From Pseudomonadota bacterium (GTDB lineage: Bacteria; Bdellovibrionota; Bdellovibrionia; Bdellovibrionales; SG-bin7): DNA of 64,000 nt. The stretch is taken from the NCBI GenBank assembly GCA_034439715.1, contig JAWXAY010000033.1:32001-96000 (forward strand). The letters run 5' to 3'. Below the pieces are notes generated by a model. The model was not told the DNA's origin and did no database searches. It saw nothing but the letters and a program-made list of their open reading frames with translations. The position numbers and the translations under genes were made by a program. This document shows, piece by piece, positions 55,263 to 64,000 of this stretch (within the stretch, counting starts at the first letter, position 1; each line of letters begins with the position of its first letter).

Positions 55263-57653
55263 ATGAAACGACAATTTTTAGTCTTTATAGTTGTCTTAAT
55301 TAGTGCCATGGACTTCGCCTGGGCCGAAGAAAAAAGTTCGTTGAGCTTTTTTGACCGTGTTAAGTCAAAGATGGAGCGCATCGTAGTCGAAGCTAAAGAT
55401 AAGGCGCGAGAGGTTAAGCGCGAGATTGTTCAGTGGTATAATGGCTTTCGCGTTGACGAGAATAAAGCCGAGAAAACAGAGAAAACAGAAGTGGCTCAAA
55501 GTCCCGAGAGCATCGCCCCTGTAGTCCCGTCGGCACCAATAGAGATACCTACAGCCCAACCTCAAGATCTCAAAGAAGTTGTAAAAAACATGAAGTCAAG
55601 CGGAGGCCTTTCGGTAGAAACTCCTGCGCGTGCAGGTGATAAGAACCTTAAGCGTAACAAACAAGGTGTTGTATCACTGCCCAAATTTATTAAAAATATT
55701 CCCCATCTCGATATTGGCGACGAAGAAAGATTAAGTTATACGGATCTCATTGGCGATAAAATAAATGTGAAACCTTTGACGGTTAAACCTTTCGCCAAAC
55801 TCTCTGCTCCCGAACTGGTAGCAAAGAATAGTGTAAATGCGGTCATACCAAAAAAAATCGAACCTGTGGTTGATGCAGGTAAAAATATTAGTCAGGTTAA
55901 GGGCCAAGATTTTCCGGTGACTCAGCAGAAAATTGAAGCAGTGAGTTTTACTAGCGATGAACCCCAGGCGGTGCAGGAGTTAGCCCTGAAGCTGCTTTCA
56001 GCCAGTGACAAAACTTTGTTGGCAGCCATCATGATGAACGCCACTGGCAAGGCCTGCCACAATGTGGTCGGACTATTGCGAGATGTTGACGTAAATCACT
56101 CGGGATATGCAGAGGCCAAATTCATGAGTGCTGAATGTTTGAGAGAGATGGGTTTAGGAAGTCAAAAATTGAATGATCTCAAAGAAGTGCTTAGTCAGTC
56201 AGACAAAGAATTTGGTTCCTTGGCAATTGGGCGGGTTGGCGAAGACGCCCAATTCTCCTATGAAGGTGACGTAGGGCAAATGATTAAGACAGGCCAAATG
56301 AAATTTGGCGTGAATGATTCTGACAAAGATGCCGTCTCATTTACCATGGCCAAAATTTATACTCGCGACGGTCAGTATGACGCCGCCATTCGTGAGGCGA
56401 CTGTCGTGAAAAGTAAAAGTGAATATTACTCTCGGGCTCAGTTTATTATAATGATGTCTCAGTACCTTCAAGGGAACAGCAAGGCAAGTCTTGAAACCGG
56501 CAAACAACTATCTCAGTATCTCAACAAAAATGGTGATCCTCAAAAATTAGCAACGATGGTCAACATGAACATGGGACGAATATATGCCAATGGCCGTTCC
56601 TATGACGAATCGCTCAAGAACTATTTGAAGGTCGAAAAAAACCATCCTCAATGGGTCGAGGGATTGTTAGAGCAAGGTTGGGTTCAGCTTCACAGCGGTG
56701 ATTATGTTGGCGCGGTCGGAAATATGTTTTCGATTCAGACGGGGTTTTTTAGAAACGTATACAAACCTGAATCCTACGCTGTGAGAACGATCGGCTACCT
56801 AAATATCTGCCAGTACGGTGACGCCTATCGAACAATTGAAGTCTTCGAAAAAATTCACCGGCCTTGGTTTTTGAGGGTTGAAGATTACTTAAAGACTAAC
56901 ACCAAGCTTTCTGTTTTTTATGACACTCTTAAAAAACATTTAAAAGATCCAAAGCAAACTATGGTAGACGGTTTGCCGTTTCAAATCGTAAGAGAGATGG
57001 GACGTCACAAAGATTTTCTAAATCTCCAAGAAGGTATCAATGAGCTCATCGATGAAGTCGATCAATGGAGTTACATAGAAAAGTTTTTTGTCAAAGACCT
57101 TAAACAATTAAATGCTAATCTTAAACAGTTCACTATTGAAAGACAGGGCCTACTGTCAAAAGTCACCAAACTTCAGGCCAACAAGACTCAAACCGAAGAA
57201 GTGGCCAACATTAAAAGAACTATTAAGCAGTACGAAGTCAAAGAAGGAGTCGTTAAGTTTAGGCTAGAAATGGTTGCTCGCGCCCAAACAAATTTTGGAG
57301 CTGCAAAAAAAGAAGTAACCAAGCTAATTAGCTTAAGGAAAAATGAAATGAAAGGCAAAGCCGAGAGGGTTTTGGCGAAAAGACTCAAATCAATTCGCGA
57401 CAATCTCAAAGAATTATTTGCCAATAACGATTTGCTTCGCTTTGAAGTTTTCTCGGGTAGCGGTGAGAACATAAGGTTTCAGGTGGCCGGCGGCGAAAAA
57501 GGGTTAGCCCGTACGCCAGCGAGCCTCAAAGAGAACGCCAAGAATTTAAATTGGGACTTTGACGGTGAAATTTGGGAGGACGAAATAGGTAATTTTAGGT
57601 CGTCTTTGCAGAATAACTGTCCTAAAGAGAAATCACGTAATGCAGGTTTATAA
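55263..57653 (+). CDS. Periplasmic TPR/coiled-coil protein (GltC-like)
   Basis: Signal peptide, GLLEQGW...GDY.GA.GN, YLNICQYGDA and C-terminal WDFDGEIWEDEIG.FRS...N.C. Confidence 0.75.
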   Translation: MKRQFLVFIVVLISAMDFAWAEEKSSLSFFDRVKSKMERIVVEAKDKAREVKREIVQWYNGFRVDENKAEKTEKTEVAQSPESIAPVVPSAPIEIPTAQPQDLKEVVKNMKSSGGLSVETPARAGDKNLKRNKQGVVSLPKFIKNIPHLDIGDEERLSYTDLIGDKINVKPLTVKPFAKLSAPELVAKNSVNAVIPKKIEPVVDAGKNISQVKGQDFPVTQQKIEAVSFTSDEPQAVQELALKLLSASDKTLLAAIMMNATGKACHNVVGLLRDVDVNHSGYAEAKFMSAECLREMGLGSQKLNDLKEVLSQSDKEFGSLAIGRVGEDAQFSYEGDVGQMIKTGQMKFGVNDSDKDAVSFTMAKIYTRDGQYDAAIREATVVKSKSEYYSRAQFIIMMSQYLQGNSKASLETGKQLSQYLNKNGDPQKLATMVNMNMGRIYANGRSYDESLKNYLKVEKNHPQWVEGLLEQGWVQLHSGDYVGAVGNMFSIQTGFFRNVYKPESYAVRTIGYLNICQYGDAYRTIEVFEKIHRPWFLRVEDYLKTNTKLSVFYDTLKKHLKDPKQTMVDGLPFQIVREMGRHKDFLNLQEGINELIDEVDQWSYIEKFFVKDLKQLNANLKQFTIERQGLLSKVTKLQANKTQTEEVANIKRTIKQYEVKEGVVKFRLEMVARAQTNFGAAKKEVTKLISLRKNEMKGKAERVLAKRLKSIRDNLKELFANNDLLRFEVFSGSGENIRFQVAGGEKGLARTPASLKENAKNLNWDFDGEIWEDEIGNFRSSLQNNCPKEKSRNAGL

Positions 57654-57680
57654 GGAAATTTAAGATCTATAGGGGGATTT

Positions 57681-58313
57681 ATGAGAAAACTATTATTATC
57701 TTTGCTAGTGGTGAGTTTAAGTCACTCGGCACATGCTAAAATGGATGCAGCTCAAAAGGTGGAGCAATTAAAAACTAATGCTGAGAACAGTAAATCAAAC
57801 TTAACTCAGTATGAAGCCAATTTGAGCGCGGTGAGTAACAATCTGGATTCAGTCGACAGGGCTTTGGGTACTTTAAAAGACCAACGCAAACAACTAAATC
57901 TGGGCGACAAACAAATTAACGCCAACAAGTTAGAGCTCGACAAGCAAAAAGTCTCAGTCCAAAAATTTATGACAGAAGAACAGAAGGTCATAGACAAAGA
58001 AGAGATTGAAATTCAAAAGCTAAAGCAGGTTCTCGCGAAGCTCGAGGAAAACAGGGTGAAGAGGCAACAAAATATTACGACTTACCAAGAACGCCTAGTT
58101 CAAATTGATAAAGAAAAGCTCGAGTGGGACGAACAAAAGAAAAACATGGCTGAGCTCAAAGGGCTTGTCGATACCAAAACCGTGTCCACCGAAAACGAGC
58201 GCACCAAGTGGAATGGTCGAAAAGACGCCTACAAGAAGGAAGTCAAAAAGTGGTCCGAACAGACAACGGCTGCCGAGAGCACATATTCTCAGTTCAAAAA
58301 TTTTGCTGACTAA
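57681..58313 (+). CDS. Secreted coiled-coil protein
   Basis: Signal peptide (AHA site), long heptad repeats and a GGGGG RBS. Confidence 0.75.
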   Translation: MRKLLLSLLVVSLSHSAHAKMDAAQKVEQLKTNAENSKSNLTQYEANLSAVSNNLDSVDRALGTLKDQRKQLNLGDKQINANKLELDKQKVSVQKFMTEEQKVIDKEEIEIQKLKQVLAKLEENRVKRQQNITTYQERLVQIDKEKLEWDEQKKNMAELKGLVDTKTVSTENERTKWNGRKDAYKKEVKKWSEQTTAAESTYSQFKNFAD

Positions 58314-58395
58314 TAAGTCAGCAAGAAAGACCTGATTTTAGCCATTTATAGGAATAGGCTTGTCACGGACAAGCGAATCTGAGAACCGTTTATAG

Positions 58396-59379
58396 ATGAG
58401 TCTCATTCGACGGTCATTTATGCCATTTATAAAGGTAGGTATCGCAGTCGCGATCATTTACCTAATGGTTGATAAGGGCCTCTTAAATCTCCACGAAATG
58501 TTTAGTGTACTAACTGCGAGAGATCTCGCTCTTTGTCTGTTTTTAGTATTTTTGGGCCTAGTGTTTTCGTCATTTCGTTGGCTGGTACTTTTAAGTGGTC
58601 AAGGCTTTAGAGCCCATATAGCTCAAGTTTTCTCTTTACAGTTAGTCGGTCTATTTTTTAATTTTGTGGTTCCTGGCGGCGTGGGTGGTGATCTCATAAA
58701 GGGATACTATTTAGTAAAGTCCCAAGACAACGAAAAATTTTTAGCGGCGACAAGTATTTTTGTAGATCGTGTAATAGGACTATGGACTATGCTGATCATA
58801 GTAGTTTTTTCGGGCGTATTTATCATGCCCGTACTTCTGGTGAACCCTAAAATAATGTACATTTATAAGTTGATGATGGTTGCCGGAGGAATTTTTTCTT
58901 TGATACTCGGAGTGGCATTTTCAAAAAGAATAAATAGTTCGGGTATTATCCAAAAAACCACTTCAAAGATAATTTATGGAGAATTTCTTTATAAATGTTA
59001 TGAGTCGATTCATAGTTACTGTTCAAATAAAGCGGCAATAGTTAAGGCTGTGGTCCTTTCTTTTAGCACGCAGGTGACTTCAATTTTATTTTTTTACATC
59101 GTGGGCAATGCGTTGGGCGCGCCCCTAGATTTAAAAGCCTATTTGTTTATTGTACCTTTGGGATTTGTTTGTTCATCGCTTCCAATTACGCCTGCAAGTA
59201 TCGGCATTGGCCAAATGGTATTTTTAGCAATCTTTAATCTTTATATTGGAGATAAAACTCAAATAGGACCTAATTCAGTTAGTCTTTTTCAAATCGTCAC
59301 CTTTGTTTGGGGTTTGCTAGGCGGCGGTATTTATCTATTTAAAAAGAAGTATACTTTGGACACCAAACTAGGTTTATGA
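58396..59379 (+). CDS. Lysylphosphatidylglycerol synthase TM-domain / UPF0104 flippase-like membrane protein
   Basis: FRW..LL, GLFFN.V.PGGVGGDLIK, SIFVDR.IG and LPITPA.IG motifs. Confidence 0.85.
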   Translation: MSLIRRSFMPFIKVGIAVAIIYLMVDKGLLNLHEMFSVLTARDLALCLFLVFLGLVFSSFRWLVLLSGQGFRAHIAQVFSLQLVGLFFNFVVPGGVGGDLIKGYYLVKSQDNEKFLAATSIFVDRVIGLWTMLIIVVFSGVFIMPVLLVNPKIMYIYKLMMVAGGIFSLILGVAFSKRINSSGIIQKTTSKIIYGEFLYKCYESIHSYCSNKAAIVKAVVLSFSTQVTSILFFYIVGNALGAPLDLKAYLFIVPLGFVCSSLPITPASIGIGQMVFLAIFNLYIGDKTQIGPNSVSLFQIVTFVWGLLGGGIYLFKKKYTLDTKLGL

Positions 59380-59966
59380 ATAAAACAGAAAAAGTCATTC
59401 TCTTAAAGCGCGTAAAATACGGAGAGTCCGATCTCATCCTGCATGGAATAAACGCCTCAGGCGCTAAGATTCATTTGTTTGCGCGTGCCGCTCTAAAGAG
59501 TAAGAAACGTTTTGGTGGTGGCGTGCTCGAGGCGCTTAATTGCATACAGGCGGTTTATCGTGTTAGTGAAAGGGAGGGTAGTGACCCTCTTTATCAATTA
59601 CAAGAAGCCAGCCTGATCCATGGATTCCCAAAACTCCGCACCGATTACGCGAGACTAGAGCTCGTTTTTTATTTTGTGAAGTCGATAGGGCACGCCGCGC
59701 AGATGGGTACTGTCGACGGTGAGCCTTTATTTAATTTGTTGGGAAATGCCATGAAGGCTGCAGAAACTACCAATGATTTATCACGCCTAAAACTGCACTT
59801 TGAGATCAAGCTACTAGCGATTCAAGGCGTGTTGCCGCAAATTTCCCACCGAGATATTTTTATGAATAGTTCGGTATCGGAGAGCGAAAGCTTGACCCTT
59901 CCCAAGGAAGAGGATTGGGGTTTGGTACAAAAAGAAATGGCGCTCGCCATGAGCCAATTACCTTAA
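59376..59966 (+). CDS. recO: DNA repair protein RecO
   Basis: ILLKRVKYGESDLI, A.KSKKRFGG.LE, LR.DY.RL and FEIKLL..QG motifs. Confidence 0.85.
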   Translation: MNKTEKVILLKRVKYGESDLILHGINASGAKIHLFARAALKSKKRFGGGVLEALNCIQAVYRVSEREGSDPLYQLQEASLIHGFPKLRTDYARLELVFYFVKSIGHAAQMGTVDGEPLFNLLGNAMKAAETTNDLSRLKLHFEIKLLAIQGVLPQISHRDIFMNSSVSESESLTLPKEEDWGLVQKEMALAMSQLP

Positions 59967-61180
59967 GGGTTAACCGAAGCGCGGCTTAATTTTTCGCTTC
60001 CACCCGGTATAAGCTTAAATAGCAATGGCGTGATAACACTAGTGAAAAGGCCCATCAAAACAAGCGCGGTATATAGACCTTGACCGATAAATTTTTTCTC
60101 GAGCGCAATAGTGGCTATCACGATTTCCATAACGCCGCGGCCATTGAGCATTATGCCAAGTCCCCACGACTCAGATTTTGTGAACCCCATAATTTGGCCA
60201 CTTAGCCAGCCGGCAAATATTTTTGAAACAACAGAGCCAAATATAATTAAAACCACCATAAAGACCGACTCAATCGCAAAAATATTAAATTGCAAACCAA
60301 TGTAGGCAAAAAAGACGGGCGAAAGAAATCCCGTAGAAATTGAGTTGATGTTTTTTTGAAGCTCCATATAGCGCGGAGCCATAAAAAAATCTCGGCGGAG
60401 TAACAAGGCACCAAAAAAAGAGCCAATAATATTATGAAAGCCCAACGCCTCGCTGAAGACTCCAAAAGTTAATACGAAGGCAATGGTAATTCCAAAGAGC
60501 GCATCCCGACCAAAAAGCCCGACTAGTTGCTCGGGAATTTTGTGAATGGGGAGCCCTTTCTTTTGGGCTATCATAAAGCCAAGGTTTGTTAAATAGACTG
60601 ATAAAATGAACGCGCAAAGTTTAAGGCTAGAAAAGAATACCGAGGACAACACTGTTGCCCAGGTTTTTGTTTCGGGCAAAGCAATAAGGACACCCAAAAA
60701 TAGAAGCGCTAGAACATCATTGACCACGGCCGTCGCGAGCGTCAGATTGGCCAAGCGAGTATTCAATAGATTGAGATTGGTTAGTATTCCTATGGCTACG
60801 GGAATAGCCGTAATTGAAATACAAAGCCCCATAAAAAAAGTTCTCAAAATATCAAAGCCCAGAATGTTTCCAATTAAAAATCCAACGGCAAATGGAATGG
60901 CAAAGCCAATGATTGTCGCTAATAAACCCTTCCCCCTTAACATACGAGCGACCTCTTTTAGGTCCATCTCGAGGCCAGCACTAAAAACAATAAGAAACAC
61001 GGCGAGATCGGCAACGCCAGAGAGGGCTTGGGAGCCGTCAATAATATTAAATGCTGTGGGCCCCAGCAGGATACCGGCCAACATTTCTCCTAGGATCGCT
61101 GGTTGTCCGTAGCGTTCGGCAAGGCCGGCCAGAATGCGTGCCGAGATGATTATTAAGAGTAGACTAGTTAGCATCGACAT
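59963..61180 (-). CDS. Cation:proton antiporter (CPA2 / Na+/H+ exchanger family)
   Basis: QPAILGEMLAGILLGP, F.AGLEMD, AVVND, PVFFAYIG and G..LNGRG motifs; many TM segments. Confidence 0.9.
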   Translation of the reverse strand: MSMLTSLLLIIISARILAGLAERYGQPAILGEMLAGILLGPTAFNIIDGSQALSGVADLAVFLIVFSAGLEMDLKEVARMLRGKGLLATIIGFAIPFAVGFLIGNILGFDILRTFFMGLCISITAIPVAIGILTNLNLLNTRLANLTLATAVVNDVLALLFLGVLIALPETKTWATVLSSVFFSSLKLCAFILSVYLTNLGFMIAQKKGLPIHKIPEQLVGLFGRDALFGITIAFVLTFGVFSEALGFHNIIGSFFGALLLRRDFFMAPRYMELQKNINSISTGFLSPVFFAYIGLQFNIFAIESVFMVVLIIFGSVVSKIFAGWLSGQIMGFTKSESWGLGIMLNGRGVMEIVIATIALEKKFIGQGLYTALVLMGLFTSVITPLLFKLIPGGSEKLSRASVNP

Positions 61181-61410
61181 ACTTAGAATTCTGATCTACG
61201 ATCTAAGTCGAGTCTACCAAAAAATCTCAGGCTGAAACACCAAGACCTGCTTACAAAAAAACGTTACAGAAATAGGGTCTGGTGACCTAAGCCATTGAAA
61301 AATCGTTTATTTTATGCCGCAACGATTACAGATAGTTCACCTGTCAGGAAAGTTACACTAGAAATTTACCTTACAATTAGGGATAATTAATAGATAGGGG
61401 GACAAAAGCA

Positions 61411-62268
61411 TTGGGCGCAGCTAAAAAAATCGAAATTAAAAAACCTGATGTTTTTGGCTACCACGATTATCGTGAGTTTTTACGTGATTTATTTAATTAT
61501 CTAAAATCTAGGAACAGCGAAAACTCTCAGAGGGGAATTGCAAAGCTAGCCAGCCTTTCTCCCGGATATTTGCCTTTGGTGCTGTCGGGCGCGAGGTCTC
61601 TAACCGAAAAGTCTTTGGATAAAATTCTACCTCATATTGAACTCAAAGATAATGAGAAGTCATTTTTGCGATTATTACTAATATTGGGAGAGTCAAAATC
61701 ACAGACCCATCGCTCTCAGGCCTTAAATCAAATTCAAAAATATCACATCTATCAGAATAAAAATCCCAAAGAACTTGAGACCTATCGTTACCTTACAAAG
61801 TGGTATATTGTGGCGATTCGCGAGTTGGCAGCTACCGAGAATTTTAAGGCTGATGCTAAGTGGATACAATCACGCCTGGTTCATCATGTGCCCCTAGTAG
61901 ATATTGAAAGAGCACTCGAGTTTTTAATTGAATTTAAATTTTTGCATAAGGGTCAAAAGGGCCAATATGTTTTGGCCCAAAAGAATATGAATTGTTTGGG
62001 TGGTGTATTTCAAATTGCGCTTGCTGACTATCATAGAGAAATGTTGAGCTTGGCTGAGCAGTCAATTGATAAGACTGACAAAGAAAAACGAAACTTACAG
62101 GGTTACACTTTTCCGGTAGCACTAGAGAATATTTCGAAAGTAAATAAAATTATTGAAGAAGCGTTGGCTAAAATTGCAGACTTAGAAGGTGCGCAAAAAA
62201 AATCGGAAGAGGTTTATCATGTTAGTTTTTCGTTATTTCCGCTTACCTCAAGGGTGGGTCATGAATAA
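61411..62268 (+). CDS. TIGR02147-family protein (N-terminal HTH + DUF4423-like domain)
   Basis: DYREFL, SQR.IA....SPGYL..VL.G.R.L, W....IREL, YHREML..A...I and VYH.SF.LFPL motifs. Confidence 0.85.
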   Translation: MGAAKKIEIKKPDVFGYHDYREFLRDLFNYLKSRNSENSQRGIAKLASLSPGYLPLVLSGARSLTEKSLDKILPHIELKDNEKSFLRLLLILGESKSQTHRSQALNQIQKYHIYQNKNPKELETYRYLTKWYIVAIRELAATENFKADAKWIQSRLVHHVPLVDIERALEFLIEFKFLHKGQKGQYVLAQKNMNCLGGVFQIALADYHREMLSLAEQSIDKTDKEKRNLQGYTFPVALENISKVNKIIEEALAKIADLEGAQKKSEEVYHVSFSLFPLTSRVGHE

Positions 62269-62905
62269 GAAAAATACAATTGTTCTATTTACGCTCTTTA
62301 GCCTATTTTCGATTTTGAGTTTTCAAAACTGCGGCGGAGTTTGGAGTGGGTCGGGTTCATCTCGGGGAACCTCTACTGGAAACCCTTCTTTACATATGTC
62401 TTTTGGTTCTTACGCTGAATCGCCTGTACAAAAACTCAGTGCAGTGGCTCGGACCTCAGAACTTGACGGAGTTTCAGTCATTTTTTGTTTTGCGGGCTTA
62501 AAATTTAAAACGATCCAGGACTATGAGGAAACGGGCGACAACGATTCCGACAGCCAGATTGTAAAGCCAATTTCTTTTCGGGCTCAAGAAGTATCGATTT
62601 CACCATTAGGCACTGATTTGGGATTTATAGAGGTTCCTGCTGAAACCTATCGCCAGATTGAATTCTTGCTCAACGGGGAAAAATGCGATTCTCAAAAAAG
62701 TGTGCAGGTTGTTAATTCCTTTGGCACGTTTAGCACTCAAAATGAAATTAAATTAAAGTTTAATGGCACTAAGTCCATAAACATGACCACTGCAGAGTTA
62801 CAAATGTTGATCGTACCTATCATCCAAGTTCTCTCGACGGTCAGCAATGATGCAGAGATTAAAGGAAAACTAGAATCAGTAAATGGATTAATAAAAGAAG
62901 AATAA
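62261..62905 (+). CDS. Lipoprotein-like hypothetical protein (FQNC signal)
   Basis: ATG 62261 overlaps the end of the TIGR02147 gene. LSFQNC then a GTSTGNP linker and a beta-rich domain. Confidence 0.75.
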   Translation: MNKKNTIVLFTLFSLFSILSFQNCGGVWSGSGSSRGTSTGNPSLHMSFGSYAESPVQKLSAVARTSELDGVSVIFCFAGLKFKTIQDYEETGDNDSDSQIVKPISFRAQEVSISPLGTDLGFIEVPAETYRQIEFLLNGEKCDSQKSVQVVNSFGTFSTQNEIKLKFNGTKSINMTTAELQMLIVPIIQVLSTVSNDAEIKGKLESVNGLIKEE

Positions 62906-62970
62906 ATTTTAGAAACAACAAACTGGCTTTAGGTAGCACGTAGTGATTAAAAGCCAAACTAGGAGGATGT

Positions 62971-63345
62971 ATGAAACGCTATCTAAAGATGATCCAGACG
63001 GGATTGGGTCTAATAGTTTTTGCACTGATGTTTAACAACTGTTCTAAAGTAGGATTTAACAGTGCTAGTTCCACTCCCTCTGCCAAAGGGCAGACAGTGG
63101 GTGATCTTGGCATTGAAGGACTTGAAGGCGCCGAAGTTGACCAGAACAAGTGTGAAGACGAAGATGATGATGATGATGATTCTTGTTATGCCCTCTGTCA
63201 CGTGCCACCAGGAAATGCCGAAGCCATGCATACAATTTATGTCGGTTTAAACGCTTTATCCGCTCATCTAAGTAATCATGTAAGCCATGACGATGATTCG
63301 ATAAAGGACGAAGCCGGCGAGTGCATTGGTGAAGATGCGGGTTAA
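62971..63345 (+). CDS. Small acidic lipoprotein-like protein with a CHxPPGN His/Cys motif
   Basis: AGGAGG RBS, LMFNNC, poly-Asp and LCHVPPGN...HTI.V...A..AHL..H...D..G.C. Confidence 0.75.
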   Translation: MKRYLKMIQTGLGLIVFALMFNNCSKVGFNSASSTPSAKGQTVGDLGIEGLEGAEVDQNKCEDEDDDDDDSCYALCHVPPGNAEAMHTIYVGLNALSAHLSNHVSHDDDSIKDEAGECIGEDAG

Positions 63346-63999
63346 CTAAAAGTCGTAATTGCCGGTGAGTGTGAGCATTGCGATCCACTTACTATAATCA
63401 CTGGCGTCAACACTCGAATCCTGCATGGTGTAGGCGAGTGTTCCACCCGAAGTGAAATTCTCGTTTAATTTTTTGCTGAGCCCTGTTGTTAGCGTGGTAT
63501 TTTTATCCGTCTGCGCGGGGCTTTTTCTTGAATAGTTCGCCACGTACAGTCCTAACTGACTAAACCAAATAGTTTCCCACTTCCAGGGTTGGGTATAACC
63601 CAGTTTGGCATCATATCGAGAGTAGAAAAAGTCGTTTCCTTGAGAACTGTTAATTGTGTATCCCAATTCGTAGTTGTACATTTTTTTTCGTTCTTTATCG
63701 ATAAAGCGAAGTTGGTTGGTCGAAAGCGCGGTTTTCATGGCACTGGAGTCAGTCGTTGTGGGAGAAGTATCTTTTCGAATGCTGAGTGCCACGCTTGAAA
63801 ATCTTCTCTCGTCTAGTACTGTGGTGTTGTTAATTCCTAAAATAGTCGAAGCTAAGAGTCTCTCTGACCAACCGATGCCATCAGAATTCATATTTAGAGT
63901 TTCATAAGCTGGTGTGACCTCCAATTTATTACCAAGGCCGGCCAACATGCCTTTATACACATATGGAAAGCTTATATTTGTGATCGTCGGGTCCGCAGA
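63346..63999 (-). CDS. Outer-membrane beta-barrel-like protein, 5'-truncated by the window edge
   Basis: Frame open to the window end. Alternating beta-strand pattern (YELGYT, AKLGYTQ, GTLAYT) and C-terminal aromatic YDF. Confidence 0.7.
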   Translation of the reverse strand, partial: SADPTITNISFPYVYKGMLAGLGNKLEVTPAYETLNMNSDGIGWSERLLASTILGINNTTVLDERRFSSVALSIRKDTSPTTTDSSAMKTALSTNQLRFIDKERKKMYNYELGYTINSSQGNDFFYSRYDAKLGYTQPWKWETIWFSQLGLYVANYSRKSPAQTDKNTTLTTGLSKKLNENFTSGGTLAYTMQDSSVDASDYSKWIAMLTLTGNYDF

Positions 64000-64000
64000 A

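Noticed and set aside
58358..58374. GCTTGTC-ACG-GACAAGC inverted repeat after the gliding cluster
   Set aside because: Short stem with no U-tract; cannot distinguish a terminator or operator from chance.
60606..61112. 168-aa plus-strand ORF
   Set aside because: Antisense to the well-supported antiporter gene; a typical shadow of a hydrophobic protein.

Overview
Gene-dense chromosomal segment of a predatory-type bacterium, most likely Bdellovibrionota. This is inferred from a DgcB-like FHA-GGDEF gene next to pgi and an ECF sigma factor, an Agl/Glt-type gliding operon, a TIGR02147-family gene and FQNC-type lipoproteins. From left to right it holds: the 3' part of a giant repeat protein (>2770 aa) ending in a gingipain-like C25 protease and a Cys/Gly-rich membrane anchor; a SAM-enzyme/tRNA-modification cluster (MnmC-type methyltransferase, TIGR01212 radical SAM, Rsm22-like protein, MTA phosphorylase); a solitary HUH/Y1 transposase; gcvP; three paralogous secreted helical proteins of no recognisable family; housekeeping genes (IHF/HU, epmA, mutT, pyrD, gdhA, heptose kinase, rlmN, pgi); two diguanylate cyclases; a degenerate HNH-AP2 gene; an ECF sigma factor; a PhnDCE-type ABC transporter; a GYF-GYF-PilZ gene heading a 11-gene gliding-motility cluster; recO; a cation antiporter; and a TIGR02147/lipoprotein cassette. 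I saw no rRNA, tRNA, CRISPR array or prophage. The best candidates for undescribed biology are the three-member secreted protein family with swappable C-terminal disulfide loops, the giant anchored C25 protease, and the c-di-GMP/FliA-linked gliding cluster with an asymmetric stator. All family calls are by-eye motif recognition; no database searches were run.
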